This document shows, piece by piece, positions 22,129 to 32,109 of a stretch of DNA of 35,614 bases. The DNA is taken from the IMG/VR virus record IMGVR_UViG_3300048064_000264. The stretch is one strand, 5' to 3'. The stretch is from a virus. Position 1 is the first letter of the stretch. Every line of letters begins with the position of its first letter. The position numbers and the translations under genes were made by a program. A model generated the notes under the pieces. The model was not told the origin of the DNA, did no database searches, and saw only the letters and a program-made list of their open reading frames with translations.

Positions 22129-23589
22129 ATGATAACATGGCCAGAAGTACAGCAAGGCATATTTGATGGTGAAAGCAAAGGTGACTATAACGCTTTATTT
22201 AATTACCAAAACAAGCCAGAGGGGATTTTTAGCAATACCCAACTGACAGATATGACTGTCGATGAAGCACTTTTATTTGCTGACCCAAAAGGAGATTACG
22301 CTAGGTATGTTGCAAGTTTAAATAACGGCCAAATCGCAACCCCAATGGGTGCATATCAAATAGTAGGCACAACTCTAAGGGATGCAAAAAATAATTTAAA
22401 TTTAAAAGGTGATGAAAAACTAACGCCAAGTTTGCAAGATAAAATTGGAAAGTGGATTTATGAAACGCAAGGAACAAAGGCATGGGCAGGCTATAAGGGT
22501 CCAAAAGGAGGCAAACAAATGAACCAACCACTAAACGCATTACAAATGCAACAACAACAGCGACAGGGTGGTGGTTTGATGGGGTTTCTTCGTGACCCTA
22601 GAACACGCCAAGCTTTTTCTAGTTTAAGCCGAACGGACACAGGCGCAAGGCTTAACAAATTAGCACAAGCCGATGAAGCGCGACAAATTAAAACAGACGA
22701 TGCAAATGCAACGGCTCGTTGGTTAGATACACAGCCTGATGGCAAAAAATATGCTGAAGCTATTAGAATGGGCATGAATGCAAAAGAGGTGCTAGAACAG
22801 TACAAACGCGACAAAGGCATGGGTACTTCAAGCAATGTGCAATCTTCAACGCCATTATTTGGTGGTGGCGCAATTATAATTGATAGGGCGGGAAATGTTA
22901 TTGTAAGGGACACCAATAACAAAATTTTAAAAGGGCAAGAAGCTCAAGACTACATAAATGCGGCAGATGAAAAGAAACTAAAATTTGACCAAGATACTGC
23001 GGCGGGTAAAAAATTGGGTGCTATTACGGCTGAAAAAGCGGGTAAAATTTTCGATGAAATTAAAGTTGTAAACGACTCTATTACGAATATTGATACTGCT
23101 CTTGGAGCATTACAAGATGGGGCTCTCTCAGGATTTTTTGAAAATTATCTTCCAAACATCACTAAAGCTTCAGCCGACTTAAAAACAGCAATGAATGCAA
23201 TGGGTTTAACAACTATTTCCGCCGCAACATTTGGCGCACTATCTGAAGCTGAAATGAAATTTGCTATAGCAACATCTGCGCCGCCAGATTTATCCCCCGA
23301 ACCACTTAAAGAATGGTTGCTTAAAAAACGAAGAACACAATTAGCCTCAAGAGATGCACTAGAACAAGCGGCAATCTATCTTTCATCATCTGGAAATACT
23401 ATAGAAGGCTATCTAAAACAGCAAATTACAAATCGTGAACAAGCTAATGCGGATAACCCTTACATGACAAAAAGTTTAGAAGATTTGTTAAAAATAGCGC
23501 AAGATTTTAGAGACGAAACAGTTACTTTGACACAAACACAACAAGCGCAATTACTACAAGCCATAAAAGCAAAACGGTCGCCAGACTAA
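22129..23589 (+). CDS. Internal virion protein with an N-terminal lytic transglycosylase (SLT-like) domain
   Basis: GESKGDYNAL gives a catalytic Glu-Ser context, and MGAYQIVGTTL is a GxxQ-type motif. It sits among the ejection genes. Confidence 0.65.
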   Translation: MITWPEVQQGIFDGESKGDYNALFNYQNKPEGIFSNTQLTDMTVDEALLFADPKGDYARYVASLNNGQIATPMGAYQIVGTTLRDAKNNLNLKGDEKLTPSLQDKIGKWIYETQGTKAWAGYKGPKGGKQMNQPLNALQMQQQQRQGGGLMGFLRDPRTRQAFSSLSRTDTGARLNKLAQADEARQIKTDDANATARWLDTQPDGKKYAEAIRMGMNAKEVLEQYKRDKGMGTSSNVQSSTPLFGGGAIIIDRAGNVIVRDTNNKILKGQEAQDYINAADEKKLKFDQDTAAGKKLGAITAEKAGKIFDEIKVVNDSITNIDTALGALQDGALSGFFENYLPNITKASADLKTAMNAMGLTTISAATFGALSEAEMKFAIATSAPPDLSPEPLKEWLLKKRRTQLASRDALEQAAIYLSSSGNTIEGYLKQQITNREQANADNPYMTKSLEDLLKIAQDFRDETVTLTQTQQAQLLQAIKAKRSPD

Positions 23590-23600
23590 GGAAAAATAAA

Positions 23601-25868
23601 ATGGAAACTGATGAAGCCATAAATTTTTTAGAAAACAATATCCAACAAACGGAGAGCGAAGAAGCGTCTTCAGTTACAAAAGAACTAAAGGCTATAGTAC
23701 AAGAGCAAAATTTTCTACCCCCTGACGTCGAAGTAAAAGAAGATAAAAGGGGTTTGCTAAAAAGAACGGCTGATTGGTTTAAAGGTGGCCAAAGAGATAG
23801 CACTATACCAACTATTGCAGAAATGGCTTTAGGAAACACTGCACAAAAACTAGCATTAGATGGAAAACAAGCCACAAGGCTCGCGGCACTTATTACCACC
23901 ACAGTCAGCGATGAAAGACTTCGCAGAGGCATAAAAAATATTTTGCCTGACGCTAATTTTACCAACGATGAATTTGGAAATTTAGTTGTTATTTCGCCAG
24001 TAACAGGCAAGGGAACACCACAAAATTCACAATATGTAAGGTTTTACCCAAACCCTAAAGGACTAGATAAAACTGATTTAATGCCATTAACTGGCGCACT
24101 TGGGGGCGGGGCTGTTTTAGCAGGCGGTGCGGCACTAATGGGTATCCCTGCGGGTGGTTATTTTGGGTCTGCGTTGTTAGGTATGGCTGAAGGAACTTTA
24201 GCTGAATTAATTAGTAGTAGATTAACCAGTAGCGTTTTTCAAATTTTTGATGTTCCACTTAGCGCATTTGGCGGGATTTTGGGTAAAGCGGGAATGGACA
24301 AGGCGGCTAAAATTCTAGGTGGCATTGTTTCTAAGCTAAAATCAAAACCGTTTGAAGTAATAGACCAAACAACAGGCCAACTAAAAACATCAGTACAAGA
24401 TAATTTAAGGGCAAATGGCATAGACCCTGATGGTGTAAGTGAAGCTTTAGCAAAAGAAATAAATGAAAAAGTTGGCCAATCAATAGACGCGCAGGCGGCG
24501 GCCTCAGTTACCGAAGCGGAAAGTCTGCCGATACCAGTTCCGTTGACTAAAGGGCAAGCATCAGGCAACCCAAGCGACCAATTATTTGAAGATGCCATCA
24601 CGAAAGGCACATATGGCACAACTAATAAAGATAAAATAGATGACATTATTACTAAACAAACTGACCGTATAAATGAAAATGTTGGTGCTATAGAAACTTC
24701 TTTGGGTGGCGGTGCGCCCAAACCTACTACAATAGAAGTTGGCGAAAATATTCAAGGAACCTTAAATAATATAAGGCGAACTGAAAAACAAAGGGCAACG
24801 CAACTTTTTACAGAAGCGGGTGAAAAAGGTTACGCATTTATACCAACAGAACACGCAGGGGAAGTAAGTGACATTTTAAGAAGAAGTGTTGATGGCTTTC
24901 CAAAAACAGAAATAGAGAATGTTTCTAAGTTAATTGATGAAATGGAAGAAATATTAAGTTCTGGTGGCGATGTTACAAGTTTGTTTAATATTAGAAGGCA
25001 GTTAAACGGCTTTCAAAAAGGCTCACCCTCACAAGCGGCGGCAATAAAACTAAAAAATACACTAGACAACGTTTTGGACGGCTTAGTAGAGCAAAAATTA
25101 CTTGACGGTAATCCTGAAGCTGTTACCGCGCAAATGAAAGCTATAGCTAATTATAAAGATTATGCCTCACGTTGGAAAGATAAGGGCATTTTGCGAACTT
25201 TAACAGAAGTTGAGCCAAATAGTGGAACTTTCCAACTTAAAAAAGACCCCGCCGAAATAGCTAACTTTTTATTTAATTCATCAGGAACAAGATTAATTAA
25301 ACAGCCTAAACTAAGAAACGATTTAAGAATATTAAAACAAAATTTGCCAGAAGATGTATGGAACCAAATACGCCAAGAAGCTTTTATGACTATTGTAAAA
25401 CAGGCTAATTTACCACAAACAGGCACAGACCAAATAAAATTATCTGGCGTAAAAATGAGCAATTTTTTGTTTAAAATGACGCAAGATAATCCAGAAGTTA
25501 TGCGCGGGTTGTTTTCAGCAGATGAAATAAAACTTTTAAAACGTTTTGCCTCAGTAGCAAGGCGAGTTACAGACACAACGAAAAACGTTTCTAATACAGC
25601 ATACGCCGCGCAAGGTATTTTAGCCCAACTTTATAGAAGTTTAGATATGAGTAGAGTGGGTCGAGCAGTTAACCAGATACCGTTAATAAATACTCTACAA
25701 AGGTTCGTAGCAGGGGAAGCAACTGAAGAAGCTAGCCCCATAATGTTTAGAAGGCCAAGCGCAGGCGCGGGGGCAGGCGGTTCTGTTGGAGGTTCTGAGC
25801 AACTTAACCCAATGCAAGAAGAATTAAATAGACTTACTGGCAACCGTACACCAAACGCATATTATTAA
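23601..25868 (+). CDS. Large internal virion/ejection protein
   Basis: 755 aa with a Gly/Ala-rich hydrophobic segment, LTGALGGGAVLAGGAALMGIPAGGYFGSALLGMA. Confidence 0.6.
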   Translation: METDEAINFLENNIQQTESEEASSVTKELKAIVQEQNFLPPDVEVKEDKRGLLKRTADWFKGGQRDSTIPTIAEMALGNTAQKLALDGKQATRLAALITTTVSDERLRRGIKNILPDANFTNDEFGNLVVISPVTGKGTPQNSQYVRFYPNPKGLDKTDLMPLTGALGGGAVLAGGAALMGIPAGGYFGSALLGMAEGTLAELISSRLTSSVFQIFDVPLSAFGGILGKAGMDKAAKILGGIVSKLKSKPFEVIDQTTGQLKTSVQDNLRANGIDPDGVSEALAKEINEKVGQSIDAQAAASVTEAESLPIPVPLTKGQASGNPSDQLFEDAITKGTYGTTNKDKIDDIITKQTDRINENVGAIETSLGGGAPKPTTIEVGENIQGTLNNIRRTEKQRATQLFTEAGEKGYAFIPTEHAGEVSDILRRSVDGFPKTEIENVSKLIDEMEEILSSGGDVTSLFNIRRQLNGFQKGSPSQAAAIKLKNTLDNVLDGLVEQKLLDGNPEAVTAQMKAIANYKDYASRWKDKGILRTLTEVEPNSGTFQLKKDPAEIANFLFNSSGTRLIKQPKLRNDLRILKQNLPEDVWNQIRQEAFMTIVKQANLPQTGTDQIKLSGVKMSNFLFKMTQDNPEVMRGLFSADEIKLLKRFASVARRVTDTTKNVSNTAYAAQGILAQLYRSLDMSRVGRAVNQIPLINTLQRFVAGEATEEASPIMFRRPSAGAGAGGSVGGSEQLNPMQEELNRLTGNRTPNAYY

Positions 25869-25879
25869 AAGGATAAGCC

Positions 25880-28024
25880 ATGAAAATCGAGGCAATGGAT
25901 GACGAAACAGTTCAAGGCATTATACAAAAGGCCGTGGAAGATGCCGTTGATTTTATAGAAGCTGAAATAACTGAACCTAGACTAAAATCACAACGTTATT
26001 ACGATGGCGAAGTTGACATAGGATACGAAGACGGTCGCTCAAGAGTCGTAGCTACAAAATGCCGTGAAGTGGTAAAAAGTTTAAAACCATCTATCCAACG
26101 TGTTTTTCTAAGCACTGAAAACGTTGTAGAGTTTGTTCCCAGAATGCCAGAAGACGTTCAGGTTTGTGAGCAAATGACCAAGTTTGCTAATTATAAATTT
26201 ATGCAAAATAACGGTTATAGATTGCTCAACGATGTTTTTCAGGACGCGATGGTAAAGAAAACTGGCATAGCCAAAGTAATGTTTGAAGATATTGCAAAAA
26301 CTGAAGTACACGAAGCGCACAACCTGACAGATGACGAGTTTGCTTATTTAACAGAACCCGACAATGTAACGGTTTTAGAGCATACAAAAAATTCTATAGG
26401 AACTTTAGATGAAGAAGGCATAGGCACTGAAACAATTATGCACGATGTAAAAATGAGCATCGAAATAACAAACGGTGATATTACTATAACTTCTATACCT
26501 CCAGAAGAATTTTTTGTAGATAGAAACGCTCGCAGTATTGATGACTTTTTTGTGATTGGCCACAGAACAGATATGACTATTGGCGATTTGCTTGCAATGG
26601 ATTTTGACCATGAAGAAGTTCATAACTTGCAAGGCAATATGTCAACGTTTGAAGCTGAAAGCGAGTTTGAACGTAGAAATTACGCTGTTGACGAGGACGA
26701 TGATGAAAGTGCCGACCCAACAAGTAGAAAAGTCGTTGTAACAGAAGCTTACATGAAAATAGATAAAGAAGGCACTGGAAAGCCTTTAATGTATCGTTTT
26801 ATTCTAGGCGGTTCTAGTTACAAAGTTCTTTCGTGTGAATTAGCAGATGAAGTGCCGTTTGCAATATTTGAAGTTGACCCCGAACCTCACGCCTTTTTCG
26901 GTAGCAGTTTGGTTGACTTAGTTATGGACGACCAAGATGCGGCAACTTCCATGCTTCGTGGCGTTTTAGATAACGTTGCGTTGACTAACAATCCTGGTCT
27001 CGAAATAGTAGATGGCCAAGTTTCAGTTGATGATTTGCTTAACAACGAAATAGGAAGAATAGTGCGAGTAAAGCAAGCGGGTTCTATTCGTGAGCAAGTT
27101 GTTCCTTTTACGGCGGGTTCAACCCTTCCCGCCCTACAATATTTTGACCAATTAGTTGACAATAAAACAGGTATAAGCAAAGCCTCACAAGGCTTAAACG
27201 CTGATGTGTTGCAGTCAGCAAGTGCAACAGCAATAGCGGCAACAATGCAAGGGGCGGCAGGCCAAGCAGAAGTAATAGCGCGAAATTTAGCAGAAGGCGG
27301 TATGCGAAGATTATTTAAACTTATAGCGCACTGCATAATAAATAACGCAGATAAAGAAGAAATAATAAGATTAAATAATGAATTTGTTGAAGTAGACCCA
27401 CGCAGTTGGAACGCTGACGCTGATATGATTGTAAACGTTGGCATAGGAACAGGTCAGCAAGCCGAAAAATCAGCAGTGTTGCGCGAAACTTTGCAAATGC
27501 AAATGTCAGTTTGGCAACAGTACGGAGCGCAAAATGGCTTAGTAACCATGACAAACGTTCGAAATACTTTGGCTGATTTATTAGGTTCAGTAGGTTTAAG
27601 AAACACAGACCGTTACTATTTACCAGTAACTTTTGAAAAAGAACAAGAATTAATAATGGCAAAACAAGAAGAAGCTCAAATGCAACAGCAAATGATGCAA
27701 CAAGGGCAACAGCAAACAGACCCGAACCAAGCATTTATGGCAACTGAGCAAATGAAAGCACAGACAAGGGCGCAAGTAGATATGGCCAAATTGCAACTTG
27801 ACGCGCAGAAAGCGGCTAGTGATGATAAATTTAGAATGCACGAATTAGCTATGAAAGACGATTTACAGCGTGATGAAATGGTGCAAGAATTAGCGGTTAA
27901 GGTTGCGGAAATATTAGGTAAATATGAAACTGCGGTTGACACAACGGCAATAAAAGCCGAACAAGATAAAGTAAGACCGCATAATAAAGAAATGATGAAT
28001 GGATTACAAGAAAAGAGCTATTAG
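25880..28024 (+). CDS. Portal protein
   Basis: 714 aa, located directly upstream of scaffold and capsid. It has a long Gln-rich C-terminal coiled coil, like the barrel region of some podovirus portals. Confidence 0.75.
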   Translation: MKIEAMDDETVQGIIQKAVEDAVDFIEAEITEPRLKSQRYYDGEVDIGYEDGRSRVVATKCREVVKSLKPSIQRVFLSTENVVEFVPRMPEDVQVCEQMTKFANYKFMQNNGYRLLNDVFQDAMVKKTGIAKVMFEDIAKTEVHEAHNLTDDEFAYLTEPDNVTVLEHTKNSIGTLDEEGIGTETIMHDVKMSIEITNGDITITSIPPEEFFVDRNARSIDDFFVIGHRTDMTIGDLLAMDFDHEEVHNLQGNMSTFEAESEFERRNYAVDEDDDESADPTSRKVVVTEAYMKIDKEGTGKPLMYRFILGGSSYKVLSCELADEVPFAIFEVDPEPHAFFGSSLVDLVMDDQDAATSMLRGVLDNVALTNNPGLEIVDGQVSVDDLLNNEIGRIVRVKQAGSIREQVVPFTAGSTLPALQYFDQLVDNKTGISKASQGLNADVLQSASATAIAATMQGAAGQAEVIARNLAEGGMRRLFKLIAHCIINNADKEEIIRLNNEFVEVDPRSWNADADMIVNVGIGTGQQAEKSAVLRETLQMQMSVWQQYGAQNGLVTMTNVRNTLADLLGSVGLRNTDRYYLPVTFEKEQELIMAKQEEAQMQQQMMQQGQQQTDPNQAFMATEQMKAQTRAQVDMAKLQLDAQKAASDDKFRMHELAMKDDLQRDEMVQELAVKVAEILGKYETAVDTTAIKAEQDKVRPHNKEMMNGLQEKSY

Positions 28025-28247
28025 AGCCAGAAATTTATTAAATAACGAAGAATTTCAAGGCATTATAAAAGATTTGCGAGAAGACCAATTACGGTTAATC
28101 GCGAATACGAGCGCGTCAGAGGTGGAAAAACGTGAGGATGCTCATGCCATTTATCGGGCGTTAAATGAAATTGAGTTTTTATTAAGGGCTGATGTAGATG
28201 CTGAAAAACTCATAGAACGAAAGGCAAGGGACGCTCATGAGCACTGA
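27999..28247 (+). CDS. Hypothetical head-assembly-region protein, 82 aa
   Basis: ORF overlapping the portal 3' end and the scaffold 5' end. Confidence 0.5.
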   Translation: MDYKKRAIRARNLLNNEEFQGIIKDLREDQLRLIANTSASEVEKREDAHAIYRALNEIEFLLRADVDAEKLIERKARDAHEH

Positions 28248-29238
28248 ACCTAACAGTGGCAGTATAAATGATATTGCAAATTTAATATCAGAGCCACCGC
28301 AAAAATTAGAAGATAATCTAAACGAAGTTGCTGAAGCTGTTATTGAGGAACCTCAGGACACTGAGACTGAAGAAACGGTTGAAGTAGCCGAAAGTGAAGA
28401 TGTCGCTGACCACGATAGCGATGATGAAGAACAAATCGTGGATGAGGATATGCTAAATGACGACGAAGCCGTTCCCTTTGAACTTTCTGATGATATGGAG
28501 CTAGAGTATAAAAGCGATGGCGAAATTAAGAAGGCAACCATTGGGGAGCTAAAGCGAAGTGCCGCAGGACAAGATTATATCCAAAAGGGTATGGAAGATA
28601 ATGCAAAAGTTAAAAAACAACTTGAGCAAACTACCCAATCATTGCAGGAAGACCGTCAAAAACTTAATGCAATATTACAAGCGTACGAAAATGGTGACGC
28701 TCCAAGACCACCAATAAAACCAACCAAGGAGCTACAAGATAGTGACCCTATAGGTTATTTGGAGGCTATGGAGCAATATCGGCAAGACGTTGAGCAATTT
28801 GGTAAGTTTAAGGCAGAAGCCGAAGAACAAGCTAAAGCTAATGAACGTGTAATGTATGAACAAGACCAACGATATGCGGCAGAACAAGCTGAAATATTGA
28901 AAAAGGAAATGCCAGAGTTAAATGACCCTGAAAAAAGTAAAAAGCTTTTGGAAGACATTCAAACTGTTGCTGTTGATTATTATCAAGTTCCTATCGAGAT
29001 ATTAGGCAATCTAAAACATACTTGGGAATTTAAAATTGTTCGTGATGCTGTTGCCTACCGCAAACTACAAACTTCTAAAACTAAGGTTGTAGAAAAAACC
29101 AAAGGCGCAAGGCCAATGGTAAAAGCGGGAGCAAAAAGAACTGCAAGTGGTACGAAAGTGATAAAGCAGAAAGAAGCGCGGTCAAGAATGCAAAAATCTG
29201 GGTCACTAGACGATGTGACTAATTATCTCTTGTCTTAA
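28237..29238 (+). CDS. Scaffolding protein
   Basis: Acidic N-terminus, a coiled-coil-rich middle and a basic C-terminus. It lies between portal and capsid. Confidence 0.7.
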   Translation: MSTEPNSGSINDIANLISEPPQKLEDNLNEVAEAVIEEPQDTETEETVEVAESEDVADHDSDDEEQIVDEDMLNDDEAVPFELSDDMELEYKSDGEIKKATIGELKRSAAGQDYIQKGMEDNAKVKKQLEQTTQSLQEDRQKLNAILQAYENGDAPRPPIKPTKELQDSDPIGYLEAMEQYRQDVEQFGKFKAEAEEQAKANERVMYEQDQRYAAEQAEILKKEMPELNDPEKSKKLLEDIQTVAVDYYQVPIEILGNLKHTWEFKIVRDAVAYRKLQTSKTKVVEKTKGARPMVKAGAKRTASGTKVIKQKEARSRMQKSGSLDDVTNYLLS

Positions 29239-29253
29239 AGAAAGGACTATATC

Positions 29254-30246
29254 ATGGCCGTTACAGCCAATACAAACGAAACATACGATGTTTCGACAAT
29301 TAGGGAAGACCTATCCGAAGCGATGGCTTCTATTACCCCAACAGAGACTTTACTTATGTCCTCTATTGGAACACGCAACGTTGACAACACTTACTTTGAG
29401 TGGAGTGAAGTCGACCTAGCCGCAACTGGAGCGAACCGCCAAATTGAGGGTGACGTTGGACTATCCAATACTGCCCCGACTAACGCTGTTCGAAAGGGAG
29501 CGTATACTCAAATCAGTGCTAAAGTCGTGGAGGTCTCCTCAACGAACCAAGCAGTGAACGGAGTGGCGAATGCTCAGACAGTTGCAAAGCAAGTGGCTTA
29601 TAAATTATCCGAATTAAAGAGGGATATGGAGGCCATGCTCTTGGCGAATGTAAATTCGGCGGGAGGAGCGTCTGGTACTGCTAGACAGACTGCGGGTTTG
29701 CCTGCTTACCTAACTTCTAACGTTTCTCGTGGTGGTTCTGGTGCTAATGGTACAACCTCAGGTTCAGGCGAAAGCGGTTTTGTAAATGCGGCGGCAACGG
29801 ACGGAACATTGCGTCCGATTACTGAAGCACTTCTGAAAACTGTTATTGCTAGTTGTTGGAACTCTGGTGCTACACCAAAAATTGTTATGTGTGGTTCAGC
29901 GCAAAAGCAAAAAATCTCAACCTTTACTGGCAACGCTACACGCTACAAAGAAGCGGAAGACAGCAAGCTAAATGCGGCTATTGACGTCTATATTTCCGAC
30001 TTTGGAGAGGTGCAAATCGTGCCAAATCGCCATATGCGAGTTCGAACAGTCTCAAGTGTAGATTATACACCTGACGTTCTTGTTATAGACCCATCATATG
30101 CTGAGGTTGCTTACTTGCAAACTGCGAAGCAAGAACCACTAGCGAAAACTGGTTTGTCTGAGCGTAGACTAATTTCTTGTGAGTATGGCTTACAAGTTAC
30201 TTCGCAAAAGGCACACGGTATTGTAGCGGACATTAACGCATCATAA
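29254..30246 (+). CDS. Major capsid protein (HK97 fold, SU10/DUF5309-like)
   Basis: N-terminus ETYDVSTIREDLSEAMASITPTETLLMSSIG...YFEWSEVDLA matches the DUF5309 signature pattern. 330 aa. Confidence 0.85.
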   Translation: MAVTANTNETYDVSTIREDLSEAMASITPTETLLMSSIGTRNVDNTYFEWSEVDLAATGANRQIEGDVGLSNTAPTNAVRKGAYTQISAKVVEVSSTNQAVNGVANAQTVAKQVAYKLSELKRDMEAMLLANVNSAGGASGTARQTAGLPAYLTSNVSRGGSGANGTTSGSGESGFVNAAATDGTLRPITEALLKTVIASCWNSGATPKIVMCGSAQKQKISTFTGNATRYKEAEDSKLNAAIDVYISDFGEVQIVPNRHMRVRTVSSVDYTPDVLVIDPSYAEVAYLQTAKQEPLAKTGLSERRLISCEYGLQVTSQKAHGIVADINAS

Positions 30247-30253
30247 AAATAGG

Positions 30254-30271
30254 TGGGGCAGAAATGCCCCA
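30254..30271 (+). terminator. Stem-loop after the capsid gene (TGGGGCA-GAAA-TGCCCCA)
   Basis: Perfect 7-bp stem with a GAAA loop, 8 nt after the capsid stop. With no U-tract, it is probably a partial terminator or stabiliser. Confidence 0.5.
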
Positions 30272-30288
30272 TCACTACGGAGGACATT

Positions 30289-30546
30289 ATGAAAGTTAAA
30301 ATTACAACTGACAGGCGACCTTTTGTGAACGGTGTTGCTACTAATAAAGGCGAAGAAATAGAAGTTGATTCTGAAGAAGGTGCTATTTTATTGCAAGCAG
30401 GATTTGCATTAGAGTTAGGAGCTACTAAGCCAAAACGAGCAAGAACGGCAACTGGCAAATTAAAAGCAGATGACCCTTCAACTCCAGATGTGAATGAGGC
30501 TTGGGAAGGCGGCAAAGCTCCCAAAAAAAAGAAAGGTAAAAAATAA
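30289..30546 (+). CDS. Hypothetical head-associated protein, 85 aa, Lys-rich C-terminus
   Basis: ATG at 30289 with a GGAGGA RBS upstream. The track start at 30253 lies inside the hairpin. Confidence 0.6.
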   Translation: MKVKITTDRRPFVNGVATNKGEEIEVDSEEGAILLQAGFALELGATKPKRARTATGKLKADDPSTPDVNEAWEGGKAPKKKKGKK

Positions 30547-30698
30547 TGACTATTGGAAACATACCTAAAGAAGAATATCTAGAAATGCTGAAAAAAATGT
30601 TAAAGATGCAAACTGGCGGTGCGGCGGCATTAGCTATAAAAAAAGAAATGGAATCACTGGGATATAAAGGAAAATTTAACTGGGATAAAGAAAAATGA
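30546..30698 (+). CDS. Small protein, 50 aa (MTIGNIPKEEYLEMLKK...)
   Basis: Hand-translated ORF. TAATG overlap upstream and ATGA overlap downstream. Confidence 0.45.
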   Translation: MTIGNIPKEEYLEMLKKMLKMQTGGAAALAIKKEMESLGYKGKFNWDKEK

Positions 30699-30970
30699 GC
30701 GTACAAACAAAATATTTTGACGAAGACGGTAAAATTGTAATTAACCGCAGTCAGGATATTCAGCGCATTTTAGATTTTAATAAAGAGCGCAACATAGATG
30801 GCCACAACCGTAAATCTGATATGCGGCTTGCAGGGTCTATTCCATTTGTAGTTATAGAAATGTGGATGAAAGAATGTGGCGCAAAATTAGGTAGTCCAGA
30901 GCTAAATCAGTACATTAAGAAAAAATTAATGTCGGGTGAATTTAGCAAGTTGGTAGCTAATGGGTATTAA
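30695..30970 (+). CDS. Hypothetical protein, 91 aa
   Basis: ORF with coupled start and stop codons. Confidence 0.6.
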   Translation: MSVQTKYFDEDGKIVINRSQDIQRILDFNKERNIDGHNRKSDMRLAGSIPFVVIEMWMKECGAKLGSPELNQYIKKKLMSGEFSKLVANGY

Positions 30971-31365
30971 TGAGTGATAAACTACCAAAAGTCAGCATTG
31001 CTGTTGTGGGGGTTGTTATCGCCCAGATTGGTGGATTTATTTGGTGGACGGCACAGCAAGCAAGCACAATATCTAACTTAGAAGAAACAGTGAATATTTT
31101 AACTGTTGAAAATAACGCTACTGATAAAACTAATCTCATTAGAGATGTGCAACGTAATACTGATAACTTGCAAGAAATTATTGATATTTTGTCGGAAGTT
31201 TACGAAGAAATTGAAGACGGTGATAATGAAATTTGGACTGATATAGATATGATTAATGAAGACATGGGCGGCATGGCTAGTCACATGATGGAAATAATTA
31301 AGCTCCAATCTCGTATTGCTATATTAGAAAAGACAGTTGAGTTTAGCCGCAACGATGGGATGTAA
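30970..31365 (+). CDS. Type-II membrane-anchored coiled-coil protein (i-spanin-like topology)
   Basis: N-terminal TM segment VSIAVVGVVIAQIGGFIWW followed by an acidic coiled-coil region. Confidence 0.45.
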   Translation: MSDKLPKVSIAVVGVVIAQIGGFIWWTAQQASTISNLEETVNILTVENNATDKTNLIRDVQRNTDNLQEIIDILSEVYEEIEDGDNEIWTDIDMINEDMGGMASHMMEIIKLQSRIAILEKTVEFSRNDGM

Positions 31366-31367
31366 TT

Positions 31368-31823
31368 ATGGACCCGATTACGATTCTCGCAGGCATAAAA
31401 ACTGGTCTCGCGGCAGGAAAAACCGTTGCAGGACTTAGTAAGCAAATCGGGCAATTCTTTGACGCAACTGACCAAGCTAAGAAAACGTTACAGAAAAAAG
31501 GTGTATCAAGCAAAAGTGCAAATGCTACGGCGTTGGATAGATGGGCGAAACTCCGACAGGCGGCTGAGGCAGAAGAAGAGCTTAAAGAGTGGATTACCCA
31601 AACCTACGGACGGTCAAAATACTTAGAACTTTTGAAAATTCGCAGAGAGGTATTAGCCGAAAAACGCGAGGCAGAAGCTAGGGCGAGGCGTGAGGCACAA
31701 GAAAGGGCAGACTTAGCACTTACTGCGGTTTCTATCATTTTGCTACTCACGGCGGCTCTGGTCGGCTCTACGGCCTATTTGCATCATATGGGTTGGCTCG
31801 ATATTCGGGATTATTTGCCGTGA
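31368..31823 (+). CDS. Tail-anchored membrane protein with a charged coiled coil
   Basis: C-terminal TM segment LALTAVSIILLLTAALVGSTAYL preceded by REAEARARREAQER. Confidence 0.5.
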   Translation: MDPITILAGIKTGLAAGKTVAGLSKQIGQFFDATDQAKKTLQKKGVSSKSANATALDRWAKLRQAAEAEEELKEWITQTYGRSKYLELLKIRREVLAEKREAEARARREAQERADLALTAVSIILLLTAALVGSTAYLHHMGWLDIRDYLP

Positions 31824-31990
31824 TTTATGTTTTAGTATTCTTGCATTTTATAAATACTGATAATTTAAAATTTTATCAGATAGCTACATTTTCGGATAAA
31901 GAAGAATGCCTAAAACAAGCGGAGAAAGCAAAAATATTAGTAACTCACAATTCCATGAAAGTTTCGTGCTTGGAGATTACGACCCAATAG
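31793..31990 (+). CDS. Possible small protein with a hydrophobic N-terminus. An alternative GTG start at 31820 overlaps the upstream stop.
   Basis: Track ORF. No clear RBS, and it overlaps the next candidate frame. Confidence 0.3.
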   Translation: MARYSGLFAVIYVLVFLHFINTDNLKFYQIATFSDKEECLKQAEKAKILVTHNSMKVSCLEITTQ

Positions 31991-32109
31991 TAATAGAACA
32001 TGGCAAAAAATGGGCGGCATACGATAAAAATGGACGTTTAATAATTTTAGGATATAATAGGCGCATATGTCAGGAGTACGCAAATGACAGAGTTCGACAA
32101 GCTAGATAA
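31966..32109 (+). CDS. Possible small protein (..LGDYDPIVIEHGKKWAAYDKNGRLIILGY..). The start is uncertain: GTG at 31966 or ATG at 31906.
   Basis: The track ORF 31906..32109 overlaps the previous frame. The C-terminal part looks protein-like. Confidence 0.3.
   Translation: MLGDYDPIVIEHGKKWAAYDKNGRLIILGYNRRICQEYANDRVRQAR

Noticed and set aside
22301-27942. Long minus-strand ORFs inside ejection and portal genes (for example 22491..22922, 23522..24010, 24239..24721, 25160..25576, 26887..27444, 27321..27734, 27676..27942)
   Set aside because: These are shadow frames of strongly supported plus-strand structural genes. They have no RBS or promoter, and their composition is Ser/Leu/Cys-rich and low-complexity.
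30111-30706. Minus-strand ORFs 30111..30524 and 30425..30706 across the capsid 3' end and downstream genes
   Set aside because: They lie antisense to the major capsid gene and to tightly coupled small genes. No translation signals.
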